Shown: in pieces, positions 20,058 through 29,952 of the stretch
Layout of the letters: the number at the start of each line of letters is the position of its first letter
Position numbering within the stretch: position 1 is the stretch's first letter
From: Candidatus Bathyarchaeota archaeon
Lineage (GTDB): Archaea > Thermoproteota > Bathyarchaeia > Bathyarchaeales > Bathycorpusculaceae
Assembly: GCA_963775685.1 (NCBI GenBank)
Contig: CAVZJV010000014.1
Span: 2,016,001-2,080,000, forward strand
DNA: 64,000 nucleotides
Reading direction: 5' to 3'
The notes under the pieces: model-generated
The model's database searches: none
Seen by the model: the letters and a program-made list of their open reading frames with translations, nothing else
Told to the model about the DNA's origin: nothing
Made by a program: the position numbers and the translations under genes

Positions 20058-21527
20058 TTAGCTTTGTTGGTCTTTGCTGGGGGTGCTGTGTCCGCCGGGA
20101 CTCTTTTTTACGTGTCTCACCCTGCCCAGTTGCCTAAATGCCCATCTTGTGAAGCGGTATTTCCAGACGAGGTGGTTTAGTGCCATGCGCGCCATGATTT
20201 GGCTGTGGAAATCTCCTCGGCGGCTCATCCTAAGGTAGTAGGTGGGGGTGAAGATGCTGTCGTAGATGGCTTTTTTGGTTTCCTCCAGCTTTGGAAGAGG
20301 CAGAAGCTTGTTCTCGAAAACCTGCATCTGCTCGTGGTACCGGTTCCAGTCTTCACTCATGGGTAAGCCAAGTTTTCGAACATAATCGGCTAATTCGGTT
20401 CCTGGGTAAGGAACTGCTTCACACATGTAAACATAGTCAGGCTTCGTTTTGCGAATGAAGTCCACGGTTTGCTGGAGCATTTCTGGGGTTTCTCCTGGGT
20501 AACCTATAACTAGTGAAATCGCAACCAGAATGCCTGCCTCTTTAACCATCTTTATGGCCTTGGCGTTTTGCTCGACAGTGGTGCCCTTTCGCATGATATT
20601 TAGCAGTTGTTGGCTGCCTGATTCGACGCCGAAATGGATTAGCTGGCAGTTTGTGCTCTTGAGTTTTGCAAGTAGCTCTTTGGATATTCTGTCTACTCTT
20701 GTTCGGGAATCCCATGGAAGCAAGAACCCTCGAGCCTGCATTTCATCACAGATTGCAATTGCTCTGTTTATGTCGTGGGTGAATGTGTCGTCGTAGAAGG
20801 CAAACGATTTGGCTCCAAACGTGTCTCTTAGCCATTCGAGTTCATCGACCACTTTGCTTGGGCTTCGGGCTCTAAAGCCGCTACCGCACATCTTTGATGC
20901 CAAGCAGAAGGCGCAGTTGAAGGGGCATCCTCGGCTGGTTATGATGGGCATGTAGTTTTTGCCGTTGATCCTGTAGCGGGTCATGTCGAAGAGGTGGTGG
21001 GCTGGGCGAGGCAGCGAATCGATGTTTTCTATGAATGGTCGGTCGGCTGTAGCCACCACTTTGCCGTTCTTCTTGAAAGTTATCCCTAAAACATCGCCAA
21101 GTTTCTCAAGCTTGCCCTCTGATACTAAGCTTGCGAGCTCCAACATCGTCTGCTCTCCTTCTCCACGAACAACGATGTCCACATCTGGACTGTCGGTGAA
21201 GGTGCGCTCGTCAAGAACTGTGACGTGTGGTCCGCCAATCATGGTTACGCAGTTTGGAAGTGCGGCTTTGGCGGCTTTGAGGATTTTAAGCGCTGGGAAA
21301 TAAGTAACTGTTGCAGCTGTGACGCCGATTATGTCGGGGTTGAGGCTCCTGAATTTGTCTTCCATCTCTTTTTGGGATGGTCGGTTAACTTGGGAATCCA
21401 CGACATCCACTTTGTACCCTTTTTCTTCAAGCACTGCCGCCAGGTAGCTTATGCCCAATGGGATGAAGACGGCTTGCGGCACATCGTCTGGGTAGGGTGG
21501 ATTTGCAAGGACTACGTGAGCTTTCAC
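20058..21527 (-). CDS. B12-binding radical SAM protein (pair I-b)
   Basis: PLGISYLAAVL, GGPHVT, SRGCPFNCAFC, GVESG, PYPGT. Confidence 0.9.
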   Translation of the reverse strand: MKAHVVLANPPYPDDVPQAVFIPLGISYLAAVLEEKGYKVDVVDSQVNRPSQKEMEDKFRSLNPDIIGVTAATVTYFPALKILKAAKAALPNCVTMIGGPHVTVLDERTFTDSPDVDIVVRGEGEQTMLELASLVSEGKLEKLGDVLGITFKKNGKVVATADRPFIENIDSLPRPAHHLFDMTRYRINGKNYMPIITSRGCPFNCAFCLASKMCGSGFRARSPSKVVDELEWLRDTFGAKSFAFYDDTFTHDINRAIAICDEMQARGFLLPWDSRTRVDRISKELLAKLKSTNCQLIHFGVESGSQQLLNIMRKGTTVEQNAKAIKMVKEAGILVAISLVIGYPGETPEMLQQTVDFIRKTKPDYVYMCEAVPYPGTELADYVRKLGLPMSEDWNRYHEQMQVFENKLLPLPKLEETKKAIYDSIFTPTYYLRMSRRGDFHSQIMARMALNHLVWKYRFTRWAFRQLGRVRHVKKSPGGHSTPSKDQQS

Positions 21528-21728
21528 TTGTTTCCCCGGCTTGATGATTGAAAAACGGTTGTTGGAACTATTATGTGTTTTGCAGAAACGCCAAAATACA
21601 AAGTATTAGGCGCTTGACGCTATTTCTCCTGCAGAATTGTTATCTGGGCTGAATCGAAACACAAGGGTTTTTATGCTAAGCACTCAATAGCGATTGTAAT
21701 CAAGCATAACTTTAGGTAAAGTGGCAGT

Positions 21729-23279
21729 TTGTCGGCGGATTTAGCTCTTATCGAAGCGAATGTTAGGACAATGAACCCACGTCAGCCCTTTGCAGAAGCT
21801 GTGGCCATAAAAGAAAATAAAATTTTCAAAGTCGGCACAACCCAAGAAATAAAAAAGCTAAGCGGAAAGAGCACAAAAGTCATCAACCTGAAAAGAAAAA
21901 CAGTAATTCCCGGCTTGATCGACACTCACATTCATTTGGCAGATTTTAGCAGATGCTTAATGTGGCTTGACTTAACAACTGCCCAATCAATCAAGGAATT
22001 GCAAAACCTCCTAAAAGAAAAAGCGAAGCAAACTCCGGCTGGGAAATGGATTGTGGGCCGTGGCTGGAACGAGAACGATTTCAAAGAAAAACGTCTATTA
22101 ACCTTGAAGGATTTCGATGCGGTCTCACCAGACAATCCAGTGATTCTCTACCATGGATCTGCCTACGTTTGTGCCGCAAATACCAAAGCATTAACCATGG
22201 CAGGGGTAACAAACCAAACAACAGCTCCATCAGGCGGAACCATAGACAAAACTGCAACTGGCGAACTAACTGGGATTTTTCGGGGCACCGCCACCAACCT
22301 GGTTTGGCAAGCCATGGCAGAACCCACGTTGAAGGAGTTGACGGATGCTACCGCGTTGGCATGTCACCAAATTGTGCAAGCAGGAATAACCAGCATAGAT
22401 TGGATAATCCATTCAGAAAACGAGCTTAATCTTATCCAGTTACTCCACGAACAAGAAAAACTCCCAATTAGAGTTAATGTGATAATACCCTACGAACTCT
22501 TGAAGAATGCAAGCAAATTTAGGTCAACCGATCTTTTGAGGCTTCGTTTGGGAGGCGCTATTATCTTCACCGACGGCTATATAGATTCTAAAACCGCTGC
22601 GCTCATGCACCCTTATAGCGACAACCCAGATAACAGCGGCAAGATGATGTGTACCCAGCAAGAATTGGCGTCTTGGGTAGAGCAGGTTTTGGCGTTGGGT
22701 CTTCAGCCTGTTATTCATGCGATGGGCGACAAAGCAATTGACACAGCCTTAAATGTGACCGAAAAATCTTCCAAGAAAGTTAGGTTACGCATTGAGCAGG
22801 CAGCACTCCTAAACAATGAACTAGTAAAACGCCTCAAAGCTCAAGACATCGTTGTTTCAGTTCAGCCAAAAATGGTTCCCACTGAATTCACGGTTTGGTT
22901 AGCCACTGAGCATTTGGGGGTTGAAAGAGCAAAATGGCTTCATCCTTTCAAAACTCTGCTAAACGCGGGTGTCAGAGTTGTTGGTGGTTCAGACTGCCCC
23001 ATGGAGCCCCTAAACCCGTTTCTGGGAATGCAAGAAGCTGTAAATAGGGAAAGTTATCCTGAGCAACGATTAACTGTTGAAGAAGCTTTGCGCATGTACA
23101 CGCTGGATGCTGCCTATTGTTCAAGTGAAGAAACCATTAAGGGTTCCATTGAAGAAGGAAAACTTGCCGATATAACAGTCCTGTCAAACGACCCATCTTT
23201 GGTTCCACCATTTAAAATCCAAGACATCAAACCAGAAATGATAATTATAGATGGAAAAATAATTTTTTCGAAGCCCTGA
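21729..23279 (+). CDS. Metal-dependent amidohydrolase (Amidohydro_3/YtcJ-like)
   Basis: PGLIDTHIH, HAMGDKA, RIEQA, GSDCP, KGSIEEGKLAD. Confidence 0.9.
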   Translation: MSADLALIEANVRTMNPRQPFAEAVAIKENKIFKVGTTQEIKKLSGKSTKVINLKRKTVIPGLIDTHIHLADFSRCLMWLDLTTAQSIKELQNLLKEKAKQTPAGKWIVGRGWNENDFKEKRLLTLKDFDAVSPDNPVILYHGSAYVCAANTKALTMAGVTNQTTAPSGGTIDKTATGELTGIFRGTATNLVWQAMAEPTLKELTDATALACHQIVQAGITSIDWIIHSENELNLIQLLHEQEKLPIRVNVIIPYELLKNASKFRSTDLLRLRLGGAIIFTDGYIDSKTAALMHPYSDNPDNSGKMMCTQQELASWVEQVLALGLQPVIHAMGDKAIDTALNVTEKSSKKVRLRIEQAALLNNELVKRLKAQDIVVSVQPKMVPTEFTVWLATEHLGVERAKWLHPFKTLLNAGVRVVGGSDCPMEPLNPFLGMQEAVNRESYPEQRLTVEEALRMYTLDAAYCSSEETIKGSIEEGKLADITVLSNDPSLVPPFKIQDIKPEMIIIDGKIIFSKP

Positions 23280-23283
23280 GTGA

Positions 23284-23541
23284 CTATTTTTGTGGTTCTT
23301 TTTGGAGTTCAGCGATTAATCTCCAGACAAAGAATCCAGCGGCACTCAGGATGAACATAATGATTGTGAAGGTGTCGAGTCTAGTTGTTATAAGATGGGA
23401 TATGGGCAATGTCAGCCATTCGGGATGGGCAATTTGGATAGTTACGCCATATAGCCATGCGAGCAATCCAAACACGAATAGCATGAATGCGAAAGCTTTG
23501 ACGGTAAACATTATTCGGTAGAGAATGGTGTTCATATCCAC
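23284..23541 (-). CDS. Small 2-TM membrane protein
   Basis: Two long hydrophobic helices; fills the gap between flanking genes. Confidence 0.65.
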   Translation of the reverse strand: MDMNTILYRIMFTVKAFAFMLFVFGLLAWLYGVTIQIAHPEWLTLPISHLITTRLDTFTIIMFILSAAGFFVWRLIAELQKEPQK

Positions 23542-23615
23542 TTAGGAATCTGAAGAGAATTATAAAACTTGCGAGAAAAAAAAGGAGTTCCGACTATATT
23601 AAAAATTAACTTAAA

Positions 23616-25064
23616 CTAGGTCATTTTCAGTAGAATCTTTATGGTTTTTATGGGGTTTCGGGCAGCTCTCAAAATTTTGGCTCTGGTAAAGGTTGGGTTA
23701 GCCATGTTGGCTCTTACGCATAGTTCCTGTAGCTCTTGGGCTGTGAACTGTGGCGTTTCAATCAAAGGCTCCGTCGCTGCCAGGGCGAAGTCACAGAATC
23801 CTTCACGAAGGTACCCGCCTTCTTTTGCCTGTTCGTAGAGGGCTGTTCCGTAGAGGGGCATGGCGATGCTGAATATGAGGCTGTCTGCGCCGAGGCTGCG
23901 GAGTTTGTAGGCGAATTTTATGGTTTCTTCGATGTCTGCTTTGGTTTCCCCGATCACGCCCAGTACGAAGAAGCAGCCGACTTTGATGCCGACTTTTTTG
24001 CATAAAACAACTGCCTGCTCAACTTTCTTCAAATCTAAATTCTTGCCGATGACCTCATTAACGACGCGCTGAACGCCTGATTCTGGGGCTACTCGGATTT
24101 TTTTGCAGCCGGATTTCTTCATTTTTCGCAGAAGCGGCTCGTCTAAGGTATCGGCGCGAACACCGTTTGGTGTAAACCACTCGATGTGCAAGCCGCGTTG
24201 AACGATTAAGTCACAGATGTCCGCCATACGCTTCTTGTCCAGTGTCATGTTTTCGTCGTAGAAATCAACCTGCTTAACGCGATAGGTCTTCACTATATGT
24301 TCGAGTTCATCAACGACGTTTTTTGCGCTTCGAGCTCGCCAAGTTCTACCCCAGAGGATGCAGACGGAGCAGAAGACGCAGCTGTAGGGGCAGCCTCTGG
24401 TGGTTGTGACGATTGTCCAGGGTTTGCTTATTTCGCCCCTTAGCGGGTTTTCTTTGACGGCTTCATTGTAAACTTCCATAGGCAACAGGTGCCTAGCAGG
24501 AAAAGGCAAAGAATCTAAATCTTCGATAAACGCGCGTTTTCCCGTAAGAGTGGATTTACCCTTTTCTTTAAAACCCAAACCATCTATCATAGCCAAATCT
24601 TGCTTTCCCGAAGCAAGCGCGTCGACGAGTTCGGAAACGGTGTTTTCTGGCTCACCGATAACAACATAATCAACATCAGATTCTGAAAGGCAAGCTTCGG
24701 GTCTCGCCGTAGGATGCTGACCCATCAACACCACTACAATCTTGCTATTGACAGCTTTGACTGCTTGGATCACATCGAACGCGGTTCTTGACCAACCCGA
24801 AAAAGGAATCTCCACAACCACTAAATCGGGATTCCACTGCCTAACTCGTTCAGCGATGGTTTCTGAACTTAAACCCACACGGTACTTTGAATCATCCAGT
24901 TCTGCGAGGTTCCTCCACCCTTCCGTTGGAGCATCGATGATACTTACAATGTGCTTTTTTTCCAAAACGGCTGCGACTGAGGCTAAGACGATGGGTGGAA
25001 AAACGTTGGGTTTTCCCCATGCTTTGGGTTGAATGCGGGGAGGATTAATCAAGCAAACACGCAT
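23616..25064 (-). CDS. B12-binding radical SAM protein (singleton)
   Basis: LINPP, GQHPT, GEPE, TRGCPYSCVFC, APESG. Several B12-domain motifs are divergent. Confidence 0.9.
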   Translation of the reverse strand: MRVCLINPPRIQPKAWGKPNVFPPIVLASVAAVLEKKHIVSIIDAPTEGWRNLAELDDSKYRVGLSSETIAERVRQWNPDLVVVEIPFSGWSRTAFDVIQAVKAVNSKIVVVLMGQHPTARPEACLSESDVDYVVIGEPENTVSELVDALASGKQDLAMIDGLGFKEKGKSTLTGKRAFIEDLDSLPFPARHLLPMEVYNEAVKENPLRGEISKPWTIVTTTRGCPYSCVFCSVCILWGRTWRARSAKNVVDELEHIVKTYRVKQVDFYDENMTLDKKRMADICDLIVQRGLHIEWFTPNGVRADTLDEPLLRKMKKSGCKKIRVAPESGVQRVVNEVIGKNLDLKKVEQAVVLCKKVGIKVGCFFVLGVIGETKADIEETIKFAYKLRSLGADSLIFSIAMPLYGTALYEQAKEGGYLREGFCDFALAATEPLIETPQFTAQELQELCVRANMANPTFTRAKILRAARNPIKTIKILLKMT

Positions 25065-25115
25065 ACGGGCACTCTTGAAACATCAATACCCTGCTGCTGC
25101 GATTAAAACTTTCCA

Positions 25116-26120
25116 CTAAATGGGCATAAACCAGAACAACCGCACAAGAACGATGACGCCGACGCAGATAAGCCCCCAAAGAACAATCGTCACATCCCTG
25201 ATCTTTAGAGCCCCCAAAATTTTATTTCCAGTCAACGGTTCCTGAGCGTCGCCAAGAATGTACTGTCCGGGCTTTTCGAGCTGAATTCGGAGTGCTCCTG
25301 CCACTGCTGCCATCGGCCACCCATGGTTGCGGCTGGGCGTTTTTTTGTGGTCTCGTCGCGCGACTCTCCAAGCGTTCCCAGCATCCATCCGAAGAATAGC
25401 TGCGGCTACAATCATAAGTAGAGCCGTCAAACGCGTAGGAACGTAATTGACAAAGTTGTCCAGGTTAGCGCTAAACCATCCCGTGTTGATGTGCTCTTTA
25501 GTCTTGAAGCCTACCATACCGTCTAAGGTGTTGATTGCTCGAAACGCAATGGCGCCGGTCACTCCGAACAGAGCGAACGACATCATGGGAGAAAGTTTGA
25601 AGTCGATGAGGTTTTCTGACATGGATTCGATTACAGCGCTGCCCATCTGTGAGCCATTTAGGTTTTTGGATTCTCTGCGAGAGAAGTGGCTGTATTTTTT
25701 TGCTTCAGGAAGATTGCTTTGGTCGATGGCTTTTGCTGTTGCTTTAGCCCAATCGGTCTCAAGTTTTATACATATGGTCATTTTTACTAAGATTATGGCG
25801 ATGAAACCGTATACCGCAATGTTGACGTAAAATGATACGTACGTGTTTATTGCCCATAACCCGAAGAAGACTGGAAGCGCAAAAGCAGCAATCACTGTTA
25901 AACCAAGCAGGGTGCCGAGGAACTTTTCGGTTTTAGCGTTGGGGCTCTTGAACGCAGGTTCGATTTTTTTGGTGAACTTTCCCATCAAAACTGTGGGGTG
26001 CAGCTTGAAAACTAACTTGTCTGGGGTGTTGGGTGAGGGGTCGCCCAAAACTAGATCCAAAAGGATAGCTAAGATTAGAATTACGATTGCGACGAGTACG
26101 TTTATGAGGTTTGGCTCCAA
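25116..26120 (-). CDS. cbiB: Adenosylcobinamide-phosphate synthase CbiB
   Basis: DLVLGDP, HPTVLMG, AVIESMSEN, FRAINTLDGMVG, SRNHGWPMAAVAGAL. Confidence 0.92.
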   Translation of the reverse strand: MEPNLINVLVAIVILILAILLDLVLGDPSPNTPDKLVFKLHPTVLMGKFTKKIEPAFKSPNAKTEKFLGTLLGLTVIAAFALPVFFGLWAINTYVSFYVNIAVYGFIAIILVKMTICIKLETDWAKATAKAIDQSNLPEAKKYSHFSRRESKNLNGSQMGSAVIESMSENLIDFKLSPMMSFALFGVTGAIAFRAINTLDGMVGFKTKEHINTGWFSANLDNFVNYVPTRLTALLMIVAAAILRMDAGNAWRVARRDHKKTPSRNHGWPMAAVAGALRIQLEKPGQYILGDAQEPLTGNKILGALKIRDVTIVLWGLICVGVIVLVRLFWFMPI

Positions 26121-26239
26121 GATAACCCAAACTTGCTTTTTGAGATACTTCCAGTAAACAGTTAATATCGATTACGGTTAATAAGACGCAGAGACTATTA
26201 TCTGAAAAACACGTACATTTTGATAGTCAGAGCTTTCGA

Positions 26240-26743
26240 GTGTGGTTGGTTTTAGGCTTGGTTTTTTATGTGTGGACGCCTGACATGTGGTTAGGTTTGG
26301 TGCCTGACTTGGTGGCTGATGAAGAGCTAAATTCAACGTTGTTTAACACGTACGTGTTTCTTGTTAAGACCGGAAAGCCTTTGGGTCCTCGGGATTTGAT
26401 GCGTGGAGTCAATCTCAGCAGCCCAAGTGTTGCCTATCGTAACTTGCAGAGGCTGATGGATTTGGGGTTAGTTGCCAAAGATGAATACGGCAACTATTTA
26501 GTCAAAAAAAGGGTCGGTATGAACGGATATGTTTGGGTTGGAAAAACGCTCATACCCCGCTTTGCCGTTTTCGGCTTCATTTTCGTCGGGGTCTTAATCG
26601 CTGAAATCGCCGTTTTGATTCCTCATTTGTTCGCGGGTTCCCCCATAGAAGAGTCATTCTGGCTATTAACGGTGGTTACGGTTGTTTCAGCTACGGTTTT
26701 TCTAGCCGAGGCAATACATTTTAGGAAGAAACTGCGACGTTAA
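26240..26743 (+). CDS. Winged-HTH protein with two C-terminal TM helices
   Basis: PLGPRDLMRGVNLSSPSVAYRNLQRLMDLGLV HTH followed by 2 TM helices. The true start is probably ~26286-26310. Confidence 0.75.
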   Translation: MWLVLGLVFYVWTPDMWLGLVPDLVADEELNSTLFNTYVFLVKTGKPLGPRDLMRGVNLSSPSVAYRNLQRLMDLGLVAKDEYGNYLVKKRVGMNGYVWVGKTLIPRFAVFGFIFVGVLIAEIAVLIPHLFAGSPIEESFWLLTVVTVVSATVFLAEAIHFRKKLRR

Positions 26744-26755
26744 TTGAAAGGATCA

Positions 26756-27814
26756 TTAATGCCAATATTTGGGTTCAATGCACTCTTTATCAATTAGTGA
26801 TGGAAACAGATTTAGTGGCCAAGCAGGCGGTACCCTTGTTAGATGGGCTGTCGTAGATTCTACTCCTTTTATTTTTCTGATTTTGTCGTCAGCGTCGAAC
26901 ATCTGTTCAAAATCTTCAAGGAAAAGTCCACAGTATAGGTCATAGGCTCCAATCAGCCTTATTATGACTACCAAGTTGGGGATTTCCAATAGTTGAGAAT
27001 ATATTTCGTTGATCTTGCTTCGGTTGGACACTTTTATGTACAAATTTGCGAGAGCCTTGTACCCAAGCTTAGAGAGGTCGAGTGTTATGCTGGAAGAAGT
27101 AAACAAGTTATTTCTTAGTTTTTTGTATCTTTGAATTACGGTTTTGCTCGAAATATCCAGTTCTGTAGCTATTTTTTTGAATGGTGTACGCGCATTTTCT
27201 GCAAGAATCTTGGCGATTTTTTTGTCGATTTCGTCTAGTTTCACCGCTCCTTCTTGTTGATGGTTGACCGATGAAACTTTAACTTCCTGGTTTTTTCCAT
27301 CTGAAGGTTTTATGACCAAGTTTTGCGGGTATTCTACGTTAGCAGCCTTGGCCCAGATTAATGCATCTACATGTGTAATGTATTGGTTAGCTTCAAAATC
27401 TTCGATAATTTCATGCAACTTTTTGAGGTCTCGCAGAGCTACTTTACCAAAAAAGTTGTAGTTGCCCCATGGGCCGACTAATCCGGCAATATATGGCTTG
27501 GTTTCAAGGAACTCTGTTACTTCTTTTGTATCTTCAATGGCATTGGTTATGCACAGATCTACTATGTGTTGGTACCCTAAACAGTGAGGGTTGACGAGCA
27601 TCACTTCGCCATTGATTACACCCTCTTTCCATAGTCCTTTATAGCGCATTCTAACGGCTGTCACAGTAATTTCGCAAGCGGCGGCAATATCGGTGAAAGT
27701 GGTTCGGGATTCCAATAAAAGTAATTTTAGTATTTTTGCATCATTTTCGTCAATTTTTACTCGATTTGCCAAAGTTGTCTTGCCCATCCATAAAGCGTGG
27801 AATCTTAACATCAA
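26756..27814 (-). CDS. Tandem (double) Lrp/AsnC-family regulator
   Basis: Two HTH_AsnC + ligand-domain units (IDENDAKILKLL..SRTTFTDIA; LDEIDKKIAKIL..NARTPFKKIA). Confidence 0.85.
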   Translation of the reverse strand: MMLRFHALWMGKTTLANRVKIDENDAKILKLLLLESRTTFTDIAAACEITVTAVRMRYKGLWKEGVINGEVMLVNPHCLGYQHIVDLCITNAIEDTKEVTEFLETKPYIAGLVGPWGNYNFFGKVALRDLKKLHEIIEDFEANQYITHVDALIWAKAANVEYPQNLVIKPSDGKNQEVKVSSVNHQQEGAVKLDEIDKKIAKILAENARTPFKKIATELDISSKTVIQRYKKLRNNLFTSSSITLDLSKLGYKALANLYIKVSNRSKINEIYSQLLEIPNLVVIIRLIGAYDLYCGLFLEDFEQMFDADDKIRKIKGVESTTAHLTRVPPAWPLNLFPSLIDKECIEPKYWH

Positions 27815-28148
27815 AAACGTGGTGCTTTATATAAGATTTTTCAAATCTTGCATGGAAAATGGGCTTAGTGTTGTCTAAGCAGTTGAATCATTTGAAATTA
27901 TTTCTGATTTGTATCCATAACATGTTTTTAATATCGGTAATCATCGTCATGCTAATCATCATAGGCGTAATCCTTATGATGACCTTATGATGAAGGTCCG
28001 CAAACAATAAGCCAGATAAACACAATAAAGAAAATATTTCCCCATTCATTTTTAGTATTCGAGCTTCTCTGTAACTCTCTTCCAATAAGACCCTTGAAAA
28101 ACAATCGAGTTAGGAGCAAAGAGAAGGCTATATCTGAATTGGTTTTTG

Positions 28149-29534
28149 CTATTTCCTTCTAAGCTTCAGTTTAATATCGGCAAATAGGTTGGCTGCGAAA
28201 ATCAACGCGGTAGATACCTTGAACCTTCTTTTCTTATTCCAGAGAAATGCCCAGCGCAGATAATAATGATGGAATGCGCCTTCCCGCAGCTTGCCAAGAT
28301 CCTTCATGCTAAGCCAAGGCGTTTCAAATATGGGATGCGTGGTGTCGTACATGTCAAAGTCAGTCACTCTAAGCCATCCCTTCTCCTTGACCATATCGTA
28401 CATGGGAGTTCCCGGGAAAGGCGTTGCAACGTTGTAGAAGCCTACGTCGTCGGGAGCGATTTTTTCTACGAACTTGACGGTTTTCCAAGCACTCTTTTTG
28501 GTTTCGCCTGGGAAGCCCAAAATAACGTTCGGAACCGGTTTTAGGCCGAGTTCTCTGACCCACCCGAGTACCTTGATGGTTAATTCGGGGCTTATTCCTT
28601 TTTTCATTGCATCTAAAACTTGCTGTGTGCCCGATTCAACACCGAACCAAACAGTGATGCATCCCGCCTCCTTCATCTTTGCAAGCAGTTCCTTAGTTAT
28701 CATATCGACGCGTGTTCCACAGTTCCACTGAATCTTTAAACCTCGCTTTAGGATTTCACCGCAGAGTTCCTCAGTTCGAGGTTGATCAACCGTAAAAGCG
28801 TCGTCGCAGAAAGTAAACTTACTAATCCCATAAGTCTTGTGCAATACCTCTAATTCGTCAACAACGTTTTTTGGGCTACGCATGCGGTACTTTCGTCCAT
28901 GCATCCTGACTGTCGTGCAGAACTCACACCAGTACACACAGCCTCGGCTAGTTGTTAAGTACAAGACATCTTCGAGTTCGCGGAACTTCTCCATAGGCCA
29001 GAGGTGACGAGCTGGAAAAGGTAGCCTGTCTAGATCTTCAATGTAGGGCCTATCTGGGTTTTGCAGGATTTTACCATCTTTTCGGCATGTGGTGCCTAAT
29101 ACGTCGTGGTAGGGTCTTTCTGACTCTATCCTCTGCGCCAGCTCCAGCATCGTGTTTTCGCCTTCTCGGCGCACTATGATGTCTAATTCTGGGCATTCTT
29201 GGAGCGCTTGTTCATCCCAAAAAGTAACGTGGGGACCGCCAGCGATGGTTATGCAGTTTGGGCAAGTCTCTTTTGCAATCTTTACCAGTTTCATTGCAGA
29301 CTGGTATGTAAGTGTAGACGATGTAACCCCAACGATGTTTGGTTGACGCTTCGTAATCTCGTTCCTAAAATCCTCCGTTGAAAGCTTAAGCACTTGGCAA
29401 TCGACTACGTCCACTTTGTAGTTATTTTTCTCTAAGACCGCGGCTATATACCCTAAACCTAACAGTGCAAAGGGCATATGCATTGCGGCGCCAACAGGAG
29501 CGGATGGGTTAACCAAAGTTACATAGGGCTTCAT
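28149..29534 (-). CDS. B12-binding radical SAM protein (pair II-b)
   Basis: LGLGYIAAVL, GGPHVTFWD, SRGCVYWCEFC, GVESG, TPFPGT. Confidence 0.9.
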   Translation of the reverse strand: MKPYVTLVNPSAPVGAAMHMPFALLGLGYIAAVLEKNNYKVDVVDCQVLKLSTEDFRNEITKRQPNIVGVTSSTLTYQSAMKLVKIAKETCPNCITIAGGPHVTFWDEQALQECPELDIIVRREGENTMLELAQRIESERPYHDVLGTTCRKDGKILQNPDRPYIEDLDRLPFPARHLWPMEKFRELEDVLYLTTSRGCVYWCEFCTTVRMHGRKYRMRSPKNVVDELEVLHKTYGISKFTFCDDAFTVDQPRTEELCGEILKRGLKIQWNCGTRVDMITKELLAKMKEAGCITVWFGVESGTQQVLDAMKKGISPELTIKVLGWVRELGLKPVPNVILGFPGETKKSAWKTVKFVEKIAPDDVGFYNVATPFPGTPMYDMVKEKGWLRVTDFDMYDTTHPIFETPWLSMKDLGKLREGAFHHYYLRWAFLWNKKRRFKVSTALIFAANLFADIKLKLRRK

Positions 29535-29888
29535 TTCTAGTCACTATTTATTGTTCCAAAATAGGTGCTTGATGCATAAACATTTCGCATACAGCGTCAA
29601 AAAATGTGAAGATAGAAAAATACCAAATCTAAGACCTAAAATTGCTATAGTAGATATTTAAGCAGTTATTTGATTGAAGGATAACTCGGTATTTTTCAAC
29701 ATGTCAATTTTTTTTACCTGCTTTTTGGAAAAATATCACACGTTCTATTTTTGCACTGTTTTCCGTCACAAAATTTTTTTGGATTTCAAAAGAACGTTAA
29801 CTGGTCGTCACACATCCAATAGTTTTATAAAGAAACCAACTCATAGAACAAAGCTGGCAAGGGCCTTTTTTTAAAGAATGTTTTTGCC

Positions 29889-29952
29889 AAATTAAAGGAG
29901 AAAGAAAAATGCAAAAAATAAAAAACAGAACTATGGCTATTTTGATTGTAGC
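29889..29952 (+). promoter_or_regulatory. Translation-initiation region of paralog B, matched by the two structured elements
   Basis: AAATTAAAGGAGAAAGA-AAAATGCAAAA-...-ACTATGGCTATTT-TGATTGTAGC: SD-like AAGGAG, the ATG and early codons. A TATA-like TTTTATAAA lies at ~29823. Confidence 0.65.

Noticed and set aside
26756-27814. Fused AhbA/AhbB siroheme decarboxylase (AsnC-like fold, near AhbD-like radical SAMs)
   Set aside because: No HxYxR catalytic motif was seen. Both halves look like ordinary HTH-AsnC regulators.
27888-28085. 65-aa minus-strand ORF
   Set aside because: Weak TTG start and no motif, so it could not be supported as a gene.
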